Source: Nitrospirota bacterium (GTDB lineage: Bacteria; Nitrospirota; UBA9217). Taken from it: a DNA stretch of 64,000 nt. The stretch's first letter is position 1, and each line of letters starts with the position of its first letter. Shown here one piece after another: positions 54,577 to 63,628 of the stretch. The position numbers were made by a program, and so were the translations under genes. The DNA lies in contig CAVVOB010000016.1 of the NCBI GenBank assembly GCA_963749655.1, positions 1 through 64,000 on the forward strand. Reading direction: 5' to 3'. The notes under the pieces are model-generated. The model had not been told where the DNA came from. It ran no database searches and saw nothing but the letters and a program-made list of their open reading frames with translations.

Positions 54577-54607
54577 ATAGACGGAGGCGAGGGGAAAAAA
54601 GATACAC
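54577..54607 (-). promoter_or_regulatory. Putative ECF sigma promoter, copy C
   Basis: Minus strand GTGTATC-N17-CGTCTAT directly after the sigma gene stop codon. Confidence 0.75.
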
Positions 54608-55216
54608 CTATTGCATGGGAAATTTTACGTGGATGGTCTTCCGGTCACAGGACAGCTCGTTCCGTTCATCGTGGTACAGATGGCATGCCTGGTCCATGGC
54701 CTTCCTGAGCTGCTGCCGGCCGCGGTGCAGCCGTATCTTGATCGTATCGAGGGAGAGGCCGAGAAGATCTGCGATCTCGGCATTCGTGAAACCTTCAAGG
54801 TCGCCGAGGACCAGGACGGTGCGGTAGTTTTCAGGGAGATCGTTCACCATGCCGCGGATACACTCATTCATGTCCTTTCTGATCAGGAGCGTATCGACTA
54901 AAGGACCGGTATCCATGAGCACCACACTATTTGTATCACCAGTGCTGTCGTCGATTGAAGAACCGTTGAATTGTCTTTTTGCCTGTTCAACAGGCTTTCT
55001 CAGATGGTCCAAGGCAGTGTTCGTCGCGATCCGGTAGATCCACGTGGCAAGAGAAGAGTCTCCCCGGAAGCTGTCCAGGGACCGGCTCACTTTCACGAAG
55101 ACTTCCTGGGCCGCGTCCTCGGCGTCAACATCGCCGACGAGCCGCCGGAGATAGCCGACGATTTTCGGACGGTACTCTGCGTATATCGTTGAAAATTCCT
55201 TTTGACTGTCAGTCAT
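54608..55216 (-). CDS. ECF RNA polymerase sigma factor (SigZ-like, Cys-containing C-terminus)
   Basis: DAEDAAQEVF, WIYRIATN, LPENYR, TIKIRLHRGR; tail ACHLYHDERNELSC. Confidence 0.93.
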   Translation of the reverse strand: MTDSQKEFSTIYAEYRPKIVGYLRRLVGDVDAEDAAQEVFVKVSRSLDSFRGDSSLATWIYRIATNTALDHLRKPVEQAKRQFNGSSIDDSTGDTNSVVLMDTGPLVDTLLIRKDMNECIRGMVNDLPENYRTVLVLGDLEGFTNAEIADLLGLSLDTIKIRLHRGRQQLRKAMDQACHLYHDERNELSCDRKTIHVKFPMQ

Positions 55217-55425
55217 TGCATGCTTTCATCGGACCGTAATGAACGCCCGTATACCCGTCATCCAATAAATTAAGCCCGCCCATTATCAGTATGGTACCGC
55301 TGACCTGTTTTGTATACAAGGAAAAATTTTCCACTTCTTGATAACTCAGGATGCCTCCAATAAGATAAAAATCCCGGTAGAATAATAAAGATCAGAGGAC
55401 GCCATAGGGCTCACGAGAACCCCGG

Positions 55426-55698
55426 TCATTCTCCTTTTTTCCTCACCAGCAAAACAGCAAGGGAGTCCAGATCATAATCGCAAACGCCGGACAGAAACTT
55501 CTTTTCCTTGCAGTGACGGATGATCTTATCAACAATGTCCTTAAATTCCTCTCTCAAGGTCATGAGTTCGCCTGTTCCACTGCAGCCTTTGTGCCGCTGC
55601 TTCGCAAGAAAATAAACCTGTGCGTACTCACTGGCCTCGTCTACAAGCGCGGCAAGGCGACTATCCGATTTTGCTGCCGTGAAAATTATATTTATCAT
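55426..55698 (-). CDS. Hypothetical protein
   Basis: RBS AGGAG; 90 aa ORF co-oriented with neighbours. Confidence 0.65.
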   Translation of the reverse strand: MINIIFTAAKSDSRLAALVDEASEYAQVYFLAKQRHKGCSGTGELMTLREEFKDIVDKIIRHCKEKKFLSGVCDYDLDSLAVLLVRKKGE

Positions 55699-55814
55699 AG
55701 GATAAGCTCTCCTGCTGTCACTTCACCGGTGTATTCTAGAAATCGTTGTCTATTCTTTTGCACAGGTCCTTGCACGAGGATTCCGGCCATTTGAGAACCT
55801 CATGCGCTGCGCCT

Positions 55815-56570
55815 TTACAGCAGGCCCCACGCCATCTTTGCTGCAATGACATAGAGCACGATGCCGATGATCTTCTTAACCTGGTTCGCGTCCAGCTTCT
55901 TGTGCATGAGCCATGAGCCAAGGATCGCTCCTGCGATCGAGCCGACTGCGGCGAAGGCCAGGAGGTTCCAGTTGATGCTTCCCGTGGCGGCATGGCCGAA
56001 AAAGCCCGAGAGCGAAGCGAACACGACGATAAAGGCCGTGGTAGCCGACGCCTTCTTTGGATCGATGCCAAGCCAGACAAGGGCCGGAACGATGAAGTTC
56101 CCGCCGCCCACGCCGAGAAGCCCGCCGAGATACCCCGCGCCGATACCGAGACCGATCCCGGTTTTGAGTTCTTTCCTGCCGTTCCCCTCGCCCGTCCTCC
56201 TTCTTCTTCGGCTTGTAGAAAAGCATCATCGAGGCAGCGAAGACCAGAAAAAGGACGAACAGCAGGATGAGCGCGTTTTTCGGGAAAGTACCGCGTTGAA
56301 TACGCGCCCAGGGGAGAAAAGAGCACGGCAAGGACAATGATCGGAATAGCGGTCCGGAACAGGACGAGCTTGTAGCGGATATAATTGGCCGACGCAAAGG
56401 TCATGCTGATGGCGTTCAGCAGCAGGCCGATCGCCATGGCCTCGGTAAGCGGCACGCCGAGCCAGTAGAACGTCGGGAATAACGACGAACGCCGAGCCTA
56501 CGCCTGCGATGGTCAGGACCGTGGTGAAAACGAAAACGATGCCGGCGGCGGCAATATTGATGACAGACAC
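55815..56570 (-). CDS. Sulfite exporter TauE/SafE family protein, frameshifted
   Basis: AGVGSAFV, GVGGGNFIVPAL, ASATTAF; GTG start with RBS GGAGG. Confidence 0.88.
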
Positions 56571-56593
56571 AATATGCCTCCTTAAAAAGTATT

Positions 56594-56629
56594 CCTCTCC
56601 CCTCACGGGGAGAGGTTAGGTGAGGGGTG
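56594..56629. repeat. REP-like element
   Basis: CCTCTCCCC-TCAC-GGGGAGAGG-TTA-GGTGAGGGG. Confidence 0.65.
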
Positions 56630-56652
56630 GCACCAGACTACGATATCCGCCG

Positions 56653-57259
56653 CTATTTATCGTATCCTGAACAGGGAATGCAGACGATCTTGCCGCCTTG
56701 ACGCGGGTGTTCCGCTCAACGACCATCTCGCCGCACTGGGAGCAGGCCATGGTCTCGAAAGGTGTGCGGCACGTCTCTCCAGGGATGGTTCTTGATCTCT
56801 CCTACGTTGTAGAGCATCTCTGCAGGTGCGGTGGTCACGCCCTCGAACAACGGGGCAACGACCTCGGGCGGCACCTGGGACGCCGGTATGCCGGAGCTGC
56901 GCATCTCCATGAACTTGGAACCCTTGTTCTTTGCCATCACTTCGGCCTTGGGCACGACGCGTATCGGAGCGGCTTGTCTTCTTGTCGATCAGGGTCAGGC
57001 CCCATTTGCCGTAGCCTGTCCGGGTGATGTTGCCCTTGCCGTAGGTGCAGCCTGTCGCGACCTGGACACCGTCGGCAAAGCAGGTTGCGCAGTGGTTCTC
57101 GTCCAGTTCAACGATCGCCATAAGCTGGCCGTCCGGCGCTTTCGATACGCCGAGCTTCTCCATTGCGGTCAGTCCCGCCCGAAGCCCCATGGGCATGGCC
57201 GGGCACTTGTGGCCATGGAATTTAAGGCCCATTTCCAACAGTTCTTTGAAATCCTGCAT
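56653..57259 (-). CDS. FmdE family protein with C-terminal C4 zinc finger, frameshifted
   Basis: FHGHKCP, HCATCFADGVQVATGCTYGKGN; CSQC...CIPC in shifted frames. Confidence 0.88.
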
Positions 57260-57335
57260 GATAATCCTCCTGATAGATTAGTTGAGTTTCGGTTGACCCT
57301 GAACTATGAACTTTGAACTCTGAACCCGAACCAAC

Positions 57336-57398
57336 CTACCAGCCGTTCCACCAGCAGTGGCAAATGACGGAAAATCTCTTTTTTGCCCTGATCTTCAT
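57336..57398 (-). CDS. Putative 20-aa peptide MKIRAKKRFSVICHCWWNGW
   Basis: ATG to TAG in 63 nt, preceded by AGGAGATTGGGA; co-oriented between the permease and fmdE-like genes. Confidence 0.5.
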   Translation of the reverse strand: MKIRAKKRFSVICHCWWNGW

Positions 57399-57428
57399 AG
57401 TATGTTCCCAATCTCCTGTACGTCTCTA

Positions 57429-58466
57429 TCACTGTATACGTCCGAACAGATACCCGCCAAAGACCGTGAATATAATGATCAGGCTTACGTACGCAACCGT
57501 TCTTTTTGTCCCCATGATCTTGCTGACAACCAGGATGCTCGGAAGCGACAGCACCGGGTCCGCGAGAAGATAGGCCATGAGCGGACCTTTCCCCATGCCG
57601 AGATCAAGAAAGACCTTTGCCATCGGCACCTCGACCAGCGTCGGAAAATACACAAGCACGCCGAACAGAACGGGGATGAGCAAGGCGGTCAGAGAATTCG
57701 ATCCCACGTAGGTCGTAACGAATTCCTGCGGCAATAAGACCTTGACCATGCCTGAAACGAAGACGCCGCCAAGGAGAAGCGGGGCGATCGTTTTGGCAAA
57801 ACCCCAGGTTTCTTTCATCCAGCTTTCGATCTCTTCTTTGATAAATAACTTTTTCGCGATCAAGGCGCTCGCGCCGATCAGAATGAGCACGATCACATAC
57901 TTGATCCAGGGTACGCTGACCCGTGTCCCGACAAGCAATATCCCGATAAGAACGCTGAAAAGATAAACCAGCCGTTTAATATCATGGCTCTTCGAGCTTC
58001 TGACAAAGGTATCCGAGGCCTGCGCCTCTTCCTGCTCATGGAACATTTTACTGATGATCATGCCTATCGAAACAGCGAACAGGATGGATAGGAATATCCG
58101 GGCCGCTGCAACGTCCCAGCCGATGAGACTGCCGGTATACAGGATTGCCACGATGTTCGTTGCCGGCGCGGTATAGAGAAACGCAATCGCTGGTCCGATG
58201 CCTGCCCCGCCTTTTTTTATCCCGGCAAAGAGCGGAAGGACCGTACAGGAGCAGACGGCCAGCAAAAGGCCCGAAGCTACGGATAGGGGATAGGCAATAT
58301 GCTTTGGCGAGTCTTTCCCGAGGTACGGCAGGAGCAGGTCCTTGGGGATGAGCGCCGCCATTGCACCGGCAATGAAAAACGCCGGGACGAGACAGAACAG
58401 CGTGTGCGCAAGCACATAATCATACACAGCGGCGAAGCCAGAGGATACTATCGCAGAGATGTTCAT
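57429..58466 (-). CDS. ArsP/DUF318-family permease
   Basis: LAVCSCTVLPLF; PVLSLPS. Confidence 0.9.
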   Translation of the reverse strand: MNISAIVSSGFAAVYDYVLAHTLFCLVPAFFIAGAMAALIPKDLLLPYLGKDSPKHIAYPLSVASGLLLAVCSCTVLPLFAGIKKGGAGIGPAIAFLYTAPATNIVAILYTGSLIGWDVAAARIFLSILFAVSIGMIISKMFHEQEEAQASDTFVRSSKSHDIKRLVYLFSVLIGILLVGTRVSVPWIKYVIVLILIGASALIAKKLFIKEEIESWMKETWGFAKTIAPLLLGGVFVSGMVKVLLPQEFVTTYVGSNSLTALLIPVLFGVLVYFPTLVEVPMAKVFLDLGMGKGPLMAYLLADPVLSLPSILVVSKIMGTKRTVAYVSLIIIFTVFGGYLFGRIQ

Positions 58467-58471
58467 ACTTA

Positions 58472-58705
58472 CTACCTACGCAAGAGCGCGGCGATCTCTT
58501 CAACGCTGGGGATCTTGCCGCTTGCCACGGTCTTGCCGTCTATAAGCAATGCCGGTGTCATAAATATGCCTCGTTCGATGATCTTGCCCATATCATAAAC
58601 ATGCTCCACCGTGGCAGCAGCCCCGGTAAGAGCAACCGCTTCCTTTGTACGCTTCTCAAGCTCTGCGCATTTACTGCATCCAGAACCGCAGACTTCGATC
58701 TTCAT
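58472..58705 (-). CDS. Small thioredoxin-like protein (MTH895/ArsE family)
   Basis: GSGCSKC, MTPALLIDG, GKIPS. Confidence 0.9.
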   Translation of the reverse strand: MKIEVCGSGCSKCAELEKRTKEAVALTGAAATVEHVYDMGKIIERGIFMTPALLIDGKTVASGKIPSVEEIAALLRR

Positions 58706-58721
58706 GGTGCGCCTCCTCTTT

Positions 58722-59420
58722 TCAAAAAGCGCTTATTCCGATATAGATGCCGATTACGACAAGCAATGCGCCGCTGAAACGCTTCGAGTACAAGGAAAAG
58801 TTCTTAACGCCTTTCGAGCTGACAATGCTCTCCGTCAGCCCGATGGAAAGACCGGCAATGAAGATCAGCGCACAATGACCCACGGCATATGCAAAGAGGA
58901 GCGACCCGCCGTACAGGATATCGCCTTGCGTTGACACGTAGGCGAGGATCACGGCCAGCACCGGCGTTGCGCAGGGAGACGAGACCGTGCCGGTCAGAAG
59001 TCCGAGGAGGAATGCGCCCCAGAGTCCACGGGATTTGACCTGATGCGTCTTCTGGAACGGAAGCGGGATCTTGATGAGGCCCATGAGCTGAAGCCCCATG
59101 GTCACGGCGATCACGGCGAGGCCGATATAGAGCCACTGGCCCGCAAAGGAAAGAAATCGGCCCATGGCCGACGCCGCCGCGCCCAGGACCGTGAAGGTAA
59201 TTGAAAGACCGAGAATGAATACCAGGGAGTAGATCGCCGCTTTCTTTTTGTCTCCCCCGGAGTAACCGCCCACATACCCGATGATCAGGGGGATGGCTGC
59301 GAGCACGCAGGGACTTGCGGCAGAGATCAATCCGCCGATAAAAACAGTCCCGTATGCCAGGCCGTGATTATTCTGGACGATCGATTGTATATTGTTCAGC
59401 ATGGACTCCATTGTTATCAC
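58722..59420 (-). CDS. CcdA/DsbD-type thiol-disulfide transporter
   Basis: SPCVLAAIP and SPCATPVL. Confidence 0.9.
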   Translation of the reverse strand: MITMESMLNNIQSIVQNNHGLAYGTVFIGGLISAASPCVLAAIPLIIGYVGGYSGGDKKKAAIYSLVFILGLSITFTVLGAAASAMGRFLSFAGQWLYIGLAVIAVTMGLQLMGLIKIPLPFQKTHQVKSRGLWGAFLLGLLTGTVSSPCATPVLAVILAYVSTQGDILYGGSLLFAYAVGHCALIFIAGLSIGLTESIVSSKGVKNFSLYSKRFSGALLVVIGIYIGISAF

Positions 59421-59471
59421 CCGCTGCCTTACTCCGCTTCCCCGCAGCTCACTGCCGACCTGTCTGACTGG

Positions 59472-59849
59472 CTAAATCCCCGCCTTCTTCAGCGCCGGGA
59501 CTATTTCCTCGTAGGCATAGAAACCGACATGGCGGTGAAACTCCTTGCCGTTTCTGTCGAGGAAGACCTGCGTGGGTATCACATGCGCACCGAAACGGCG
59601 GCCGGTCTTATTATCCTTGCGCACATCGACAAAGATGACTTCAAGCTTGCCGATGTATGTTTCACGAAGCTTCTGCATAACCGGTTTCATATTCTCGCAG
59701 GGAATGCAGCCAACAGAACCAAGCTCCAGCATGACGATCTTGCCTTCTGCTTTCGCCTTGTTCAGCGCACCGTCGATATTGCCGGCGCTGCTGCATGCCG
59801 AAGAGGCAAGCAGGAGCACCACTGCCATCATTACGATCTTCGTTCTCAT
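59472..59849 (-). CDS. Exported thioredoxin family protein
   Basis: Signal or lipoprotein peptide; GCIPC and IPTQVF. Confidence 0.9.
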   Translation of the reverse strand: MRTKIVMMAVVLLLASSACSSAGNIDGALNKAKAEGKIVMLELGSVGCIPCENMKPVMQKLRETYIGKLEVIFVDVRKDNKTGRRFGAHVIPTQVFLDRNGKEFHRHVGFYAYEEIVPALKKAGI

Positions 59850-59932
59850 TTTCCCTCCCTCAGTCTCTCTGTCGGTTACCGCATACCGCAAGCTTCATAT
59901 AATTACGTCAAGAGCCGTGACACCGATCAGCC

Positions 59933-61015
59933 TCAAACAGTATCGGTTCCCTTGACCTTGCAGTACTCAACGCTGAAATAGGTGCGCTGAAAGTACTTCG
60001 CAACGTTCACCAGGCTGATCAAGACCGGCACTTCCACGAGCGGGCCGATGACGGCGGCGAAGGCGGCCCCGGAATTGATGCCGAACACAGCAACAGCCAC
60101 TGCGATGGCAAGCTCGAAATTGTTACTCGCCGCGGTAAAGGAAAGGGTCGCGGTCTTCGGATAGTCCGCGCCGATCTTCTTCCCAAGATAAAACGACACC
60201 AGGAACATCACAACGAAATAGATGAGCAGCGGCACGGCGATGCGCACAACATCAAGCGGCAGGCGGACGATATAATTACCTTTGAGCGAGAACATGACAA
60301 CGATGGTGAACAAGAGTGAGATGAGGGTGATCGGGCTGATCTTCGGGATAAAGACCTTATCGTACCATTCACGGTCCTTCACCTTGATGAGCGTGAAGCG
60401 GGTCACCATGCCTGCCAGAAATGGTATGCCGAGATAGATGAATACACTCTTGGCAATCTGTGTGATCGTCACGTTGACCACGACGCCTTTGAGCCCAAAC
60501 CAGGCCGGGAGCACGGTTATGAAGATATAGGCATACAGGGAGAAGAAAAGAACCTGAAAAATCGAGTTGAAAGCCACGAGACCGGCAGCATACTCGGGAT
60601 CGCCGCAGGCAAGGTCGTTCCACACGATTACCATGGCGATGCAACGTGCAAGGCCGATCATGATGAGGCCGACCATATAGTCGGGATAGGACCGGAGAAA
60701 GATGATCGCGAGCGCGAACATCAGGACCGGGCCGATGACCCAGTTCTGGATGAGCGAGAGACCCAGTACCTTCTTGTTCCGAAAGACCTCGCCGAGCTCT
60801 TCATACTTCACCTTGGCCAGCGGCGGGTACATCATCAAGATGAGGCCGATGGCGATGGGGATATTGGTCGTACCAACCTGAAAGCTGTTGATAAAACCCT
60901 CGGTGCCCTGGATAAAGTACCCGAGGCCCACGCCGAAGGCCATTGCCGCAAATATCCACAACGTGAGAAACCGATCCACAAACGAAAGCTGTTTTCCCCC
61001 TTGTTCAGCCATCAT
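59933..61015 (-). CDS. acr3: Acr3-family arsenite efflux transporter
   Basis: [37 protein letters not shown]. Confidence 0.96.
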   Translation of the reverse strand: MMAEQGGKQLSFVDRFLTLWIFAAMAFGVGLGYFIQGTEGFINSFQVGTTNIPIAIGLILMMYPPLAKVKYEELGEVFRNKKVLGLSLIQNWVIGPVLMFALAIIFLRSYPDYMVGLIMIGLARCIAMVIVWNDLACGDPEYAAGLVAFNSIFQVLFFSLYAYIFITVLPAWFGLKGVVVNVTITQIAKSVFIYLGIPFLAGMVTRFTLIKVKDREWYDKVFIPKISPITLISLLFTIVVMFSLKGNYIVRLPLDVVRIAVPLLIYFVVMFLVSFYLGKKIGADYPKTATLSFTAASNNFELAIAVAVAVFGINSGAAFAAVIGPLVEVPVLISLVNVAKYFQRTYFSVEYCKVKGTDTV

Positions 61016-61029
61016 TGGCCCCCTTTCGA

Positions 61030-61740
61030 TTAAAGCGATGGTTTACTGCCGTCAATGCCTGATAATTGGCTTTCAGAGGTTTTCGTCCGGCAGGCCCCGC
61101 CGCAGGCGAAGCTCTTGGCCTTGGCCTTCTCAAATGCCTCTTTCCCTTCGCGTACACACAGACCGGCAATCACGAACGTTCCGACGGAATCGATACCTCC
61201 GATATGGGTCAGTTCGTAACCGATGCTTGCAATGAGAAGGACGATCGACAGCTGCAGGCAGGCGCGCGTGCATGCCGCGTCCGACAGAATGGCCTCGGAT
61301 CCAAGCTCTTTGCCGACCTTGACCTTGTAATGGATCAGAACCCACATCGAGGCGATGGAGACAAGTGAAATCACAATGCCCCAGGAGGTGGTGTCCGGCT
61401 TGTGCCCCTGGTACAGATCCACGGCAGCGGTGATGGCGAGCCCCACGGCAAGGACAACAAATCCTGTCCCGGTAATTTTAAGCGCTGTCTGTTCGAACTG
61501 GTCGGGATTTCCCCTGCCGTTGTTTCTGATCCTGCGCACCATGTGCCAGATACCGATGCCTGAAACAACCTCCACAAAGGAATCGACGCCGAAACCGAAA
61601 AGCGCCATGCTTCCGTCTTCGAGGCCGAAGAACACGGAGACCACTCCCTCAACGACATTGTATGCGATCGTGATAAGCGCAAGTGCAGACGCGAACGAAT
61701 AGAGTTTATTGTTTTTTTGAGCGAACGTCAGGGCGATCAA
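61030..61740 (-). CDS. Cation efflux (CDF-like) membrane protein
   Basis: [21 protein letters not shown]; tail CGGAC. Confidence 0.85.
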   Translation of the reverse strand: MIALTFAQKNNKLYSFASALALITIAYNVVEGVVSVFFGLEDGSMALFGFGVDSFVEVVSGIGIWHMVRRIRNNGRGNPDQFEQTALKITGTGFVVLAVGLAITAAVDLYQGHKPDTTSWGIVISLVSIASMWVLIHYKVKVGKELGSEAILSDAACTRACLQLSIVLLIASIGYELTHIGGIDSVGTFVIAGLCVREGKEAFEKAKAKSFACGGACRTKTSESQLSGIDGSKPSL

Positions 61741-61813
61741 CTTTCTCTCCTTTACCCGCTCCAGAGCACCGGATTAGGTCTGTGGACGGCTACTTTGGCG
61801 CGGGCTGCACGGT

Positions 61814-62191
61814 TCACGCTCCGCACGTGCAGGCCTTGCCTTTTTCCGCGGATGACGGAGCTGCTGATTTCTTCGACTTGAGAAAACGGGTGAGTTTTTT
61901 CCGGTCTTCGGCTCCAAGGGCTCCATTGGCCTTTTCGCAGAGAGACACCATCAGCATTCTTTTGAACAGGTCGGACTCGTTCAGGCTGTAATGGATCCAT
62001 TTCCCCGCTTTCCGATCCCTGATGAGCCCCGCTTCCTTGAGCGTGCTGAGATGGAAAGACACCTTCGGCTGAACCATTTCGAGCGCAGCTGTTATGTCAC
62101 ACACGCACAATTCACCCTGCTCCAGAAGCTTTATGATGCGCAGTCTTGTTTCGTCCGACAGGGCTTTAAATATTGATACCAGCTCCTCCAT
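61814..62191 (-). CDS. arsR: ArsR/SmtB metalloregulator
   Basis: FKALSDETRLRI, ELCVCD, QPKVSFHL. Confidence 0.93.
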   Translation of the reverse strand: MEELVSIFKALSDETRLRIIKLLEQGELCVCDITAALEMVQPKVSFHLSTLKEAGLIRDRKAGKWIHYSLNESDLFKRMLMVSLCEKANGALGAEDRKKLTRFLKSKKSAAPSSAEKGKACTCGA

Positions 62192-62211
62192 AGATCTCCT
62201 TTATTTCAACG

Positions 62212-62235
62212 TTCCGCATTCGACATTCCGTATTT
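62212..62235. repeat. Degenerate ATTCCGC heptamer repeats (intergenic)
   Basis: TTCCGCATTCGACATTCCGTATTT. Confidence 0.55.
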
Positions 62236-62239
62236 GTTC

Positions 62240-62482
62240 TCACAGCTCGCCCCTGATCAGTTCCTTCACTTTGTCCAGGCTTGGGAGCGGTTTGCCTGTA
62301 TGTTTGATCTTGTTGTTCACGATAAGACCCGGTGTCGAAAGTATGCCATGCATGGCAATCTGTCCGATGTCCGTGATCTTGTCGATCTTCGCTTCAATAC
62401 CCAGTTCCTTCACGGCAGTTTTCGCCATCTCCTCCATCTTGTGGCAATTCGCACATCCCGGTCCGAGGACTTTGATCTCCAT
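62240..62482 (-). CDS. Small thioredoxin-like protein (MTH895/ArsE family)
   Basis: MEIKVLGPGCANC, STPGL. Confidence 0.92.
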   Translation of the reverse strand: MEIKVLGPGCANCHKMEEMAKTAVKELGIEAKIDKITDIGQIAMHGILSTPGLIVNNKIKHTGKPLPSLDKVKELIRGEL

Positions 62483-62492
62483 GTACAGCCTC

Positions 62493-63446
62493 CTATATGA
62501 TTGCGTTGAACAGATAGCCGACAGCAATGATGGTTATGGTCATGATTCCTGCAAACACGGCAAGAAGCTTGATTTTCAACACCTTCCTGAGAATGATCAT
62601 CTCGGGAAGGGACAGGGCGGTCACGGCCATCATGAAAGCAAGCACCGTGCCCATGCTCATCCCCTTCTCCATGAGCGCATACACAATGGGGATGACCCCG
62701 GCGGCATTGGAGTACAGAGGCACGCCGATAGCGACAGCGAGCGGCACGGCAAAAGGATTGCCGTTTCCCGCGTACCGCGCAAGAAAATCATCGGGAGCAT
62801 ATCCGTGGATGAAACCGCCGATTCCGATGGCGACGATCACATAGAGCCAGACCTTTTGCAGGATTTCCAGCGTATTGGCACGGGCATACACGAGACGGTC
62901 CTTAAACGTCTGCTTGACCGCGATGATTCCCACGCCGAGAGACTGTATCTTGTAGACGTATTCCTCGACCCATTTCTCCAGCTTGAGTTTTCCGATCAGG
63001 AACCCTGCAAAAATGGCAACTGATAATCCTGCACTCATATAGATCACAGCGATCTTCCAGCCGAAAAGACCCCAGAGAAGCACAACAGCAACTTCGTTCA
63101 CCATGGGAGAGGAAATCAGGAAGGAAAAGGTGACGCCGAGCGGCACTCCCGCTTCGACAAAACCGATAAAGAGCGGAACAGCAGAGCAGGAGCAGAAGGG
63201 CGTGACGATGCCCAACAGCGCGGCAAGAATATTTCCTATAAATTCCCGTTTATGGGACAGAATTCGCTTCGTCCGTTCGGGAGGGAAATAGCTCCGGATG
63301 GCCGATACCGCGAAAATAATGACCGAGAGCAGGATGAATATCTTAATTGTGTCATAAATGAAGAAATTCAGGGCATCGGCAAGTCGCACGCCCTGAACCA
63401 TTCCGAAGACCGAATAGACGATATAGTCAGCAAAACCTTTGAGCAT
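62493..63446 (-). CDS. ArsP/DUF318-family permease
   Basis: TPFCSCSAVPLF, SSPMVNE, GVPLYSNAAG, ALSLPE. Confidence 0.93.
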   Translation of the reverse strand: MLKGFADYIVYSVFGMVQGVRLADALNFFIYDTIKIFILLSVIIFAVSAIRSYFPPERTKRILSHKREFIGNILAALLGIVTPFCSCSAVPLFIGFVEAGVPLGVTFSFLISSPMVNEVAVVLLWGLFGWKIAVIYMSAGLSVAIFAGFLIGKLKLEKWVEEYVYKIQSLGVGIIAVKQTFKDRLVYARANTLEILQKVWLYVIVAIGIGGFIHGYAPDDFLARYAGNGNPFAVPLAVAIGVPLYSNAAGVIPIVYALMEKGMSMGTVLAFMMAVTALSLPEMIILRKVLKIKLLAVFAGIMTITIIAVGYLFNAII

Positions 63447-63456
63447 CACCGCACCT

Positions 63457-63504
63457 CATATAAAATTATTTTTATATGTTAGCGAAAGGATGCGGGTTTG
63501 TCAA
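63457..63504 (-). promoter_or_regulatory. Sigma70 promoter overlapped by a probable ArsR operator
   Basis: Minus strand TTGACA-N17-TAACAT (63504-63476); palindrome CATATAAAA-ttat-TTTTATATG at 63457-63478. Confidence 0.8.
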
Positions 63505-63628
63505 TGCAGATATATGGGCTGTTTCAGCGTGACGAACAACGAGAGGACCACGGATGAAAGGACCGAGGAAACCAGAATATCGTCCGGGATGACTTCCCAG
63601 GGAAAGCACCGTACCGATACAGTGAGCC

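Noticed and set aside
57336-57398. Calling the 20-aa peptide a methanobactin precursor or trp attenuator outright
   Set aside because: No MbnB/C-like or trp biosynthetic genes nearby; kept only as an unassigned candidate peptide.
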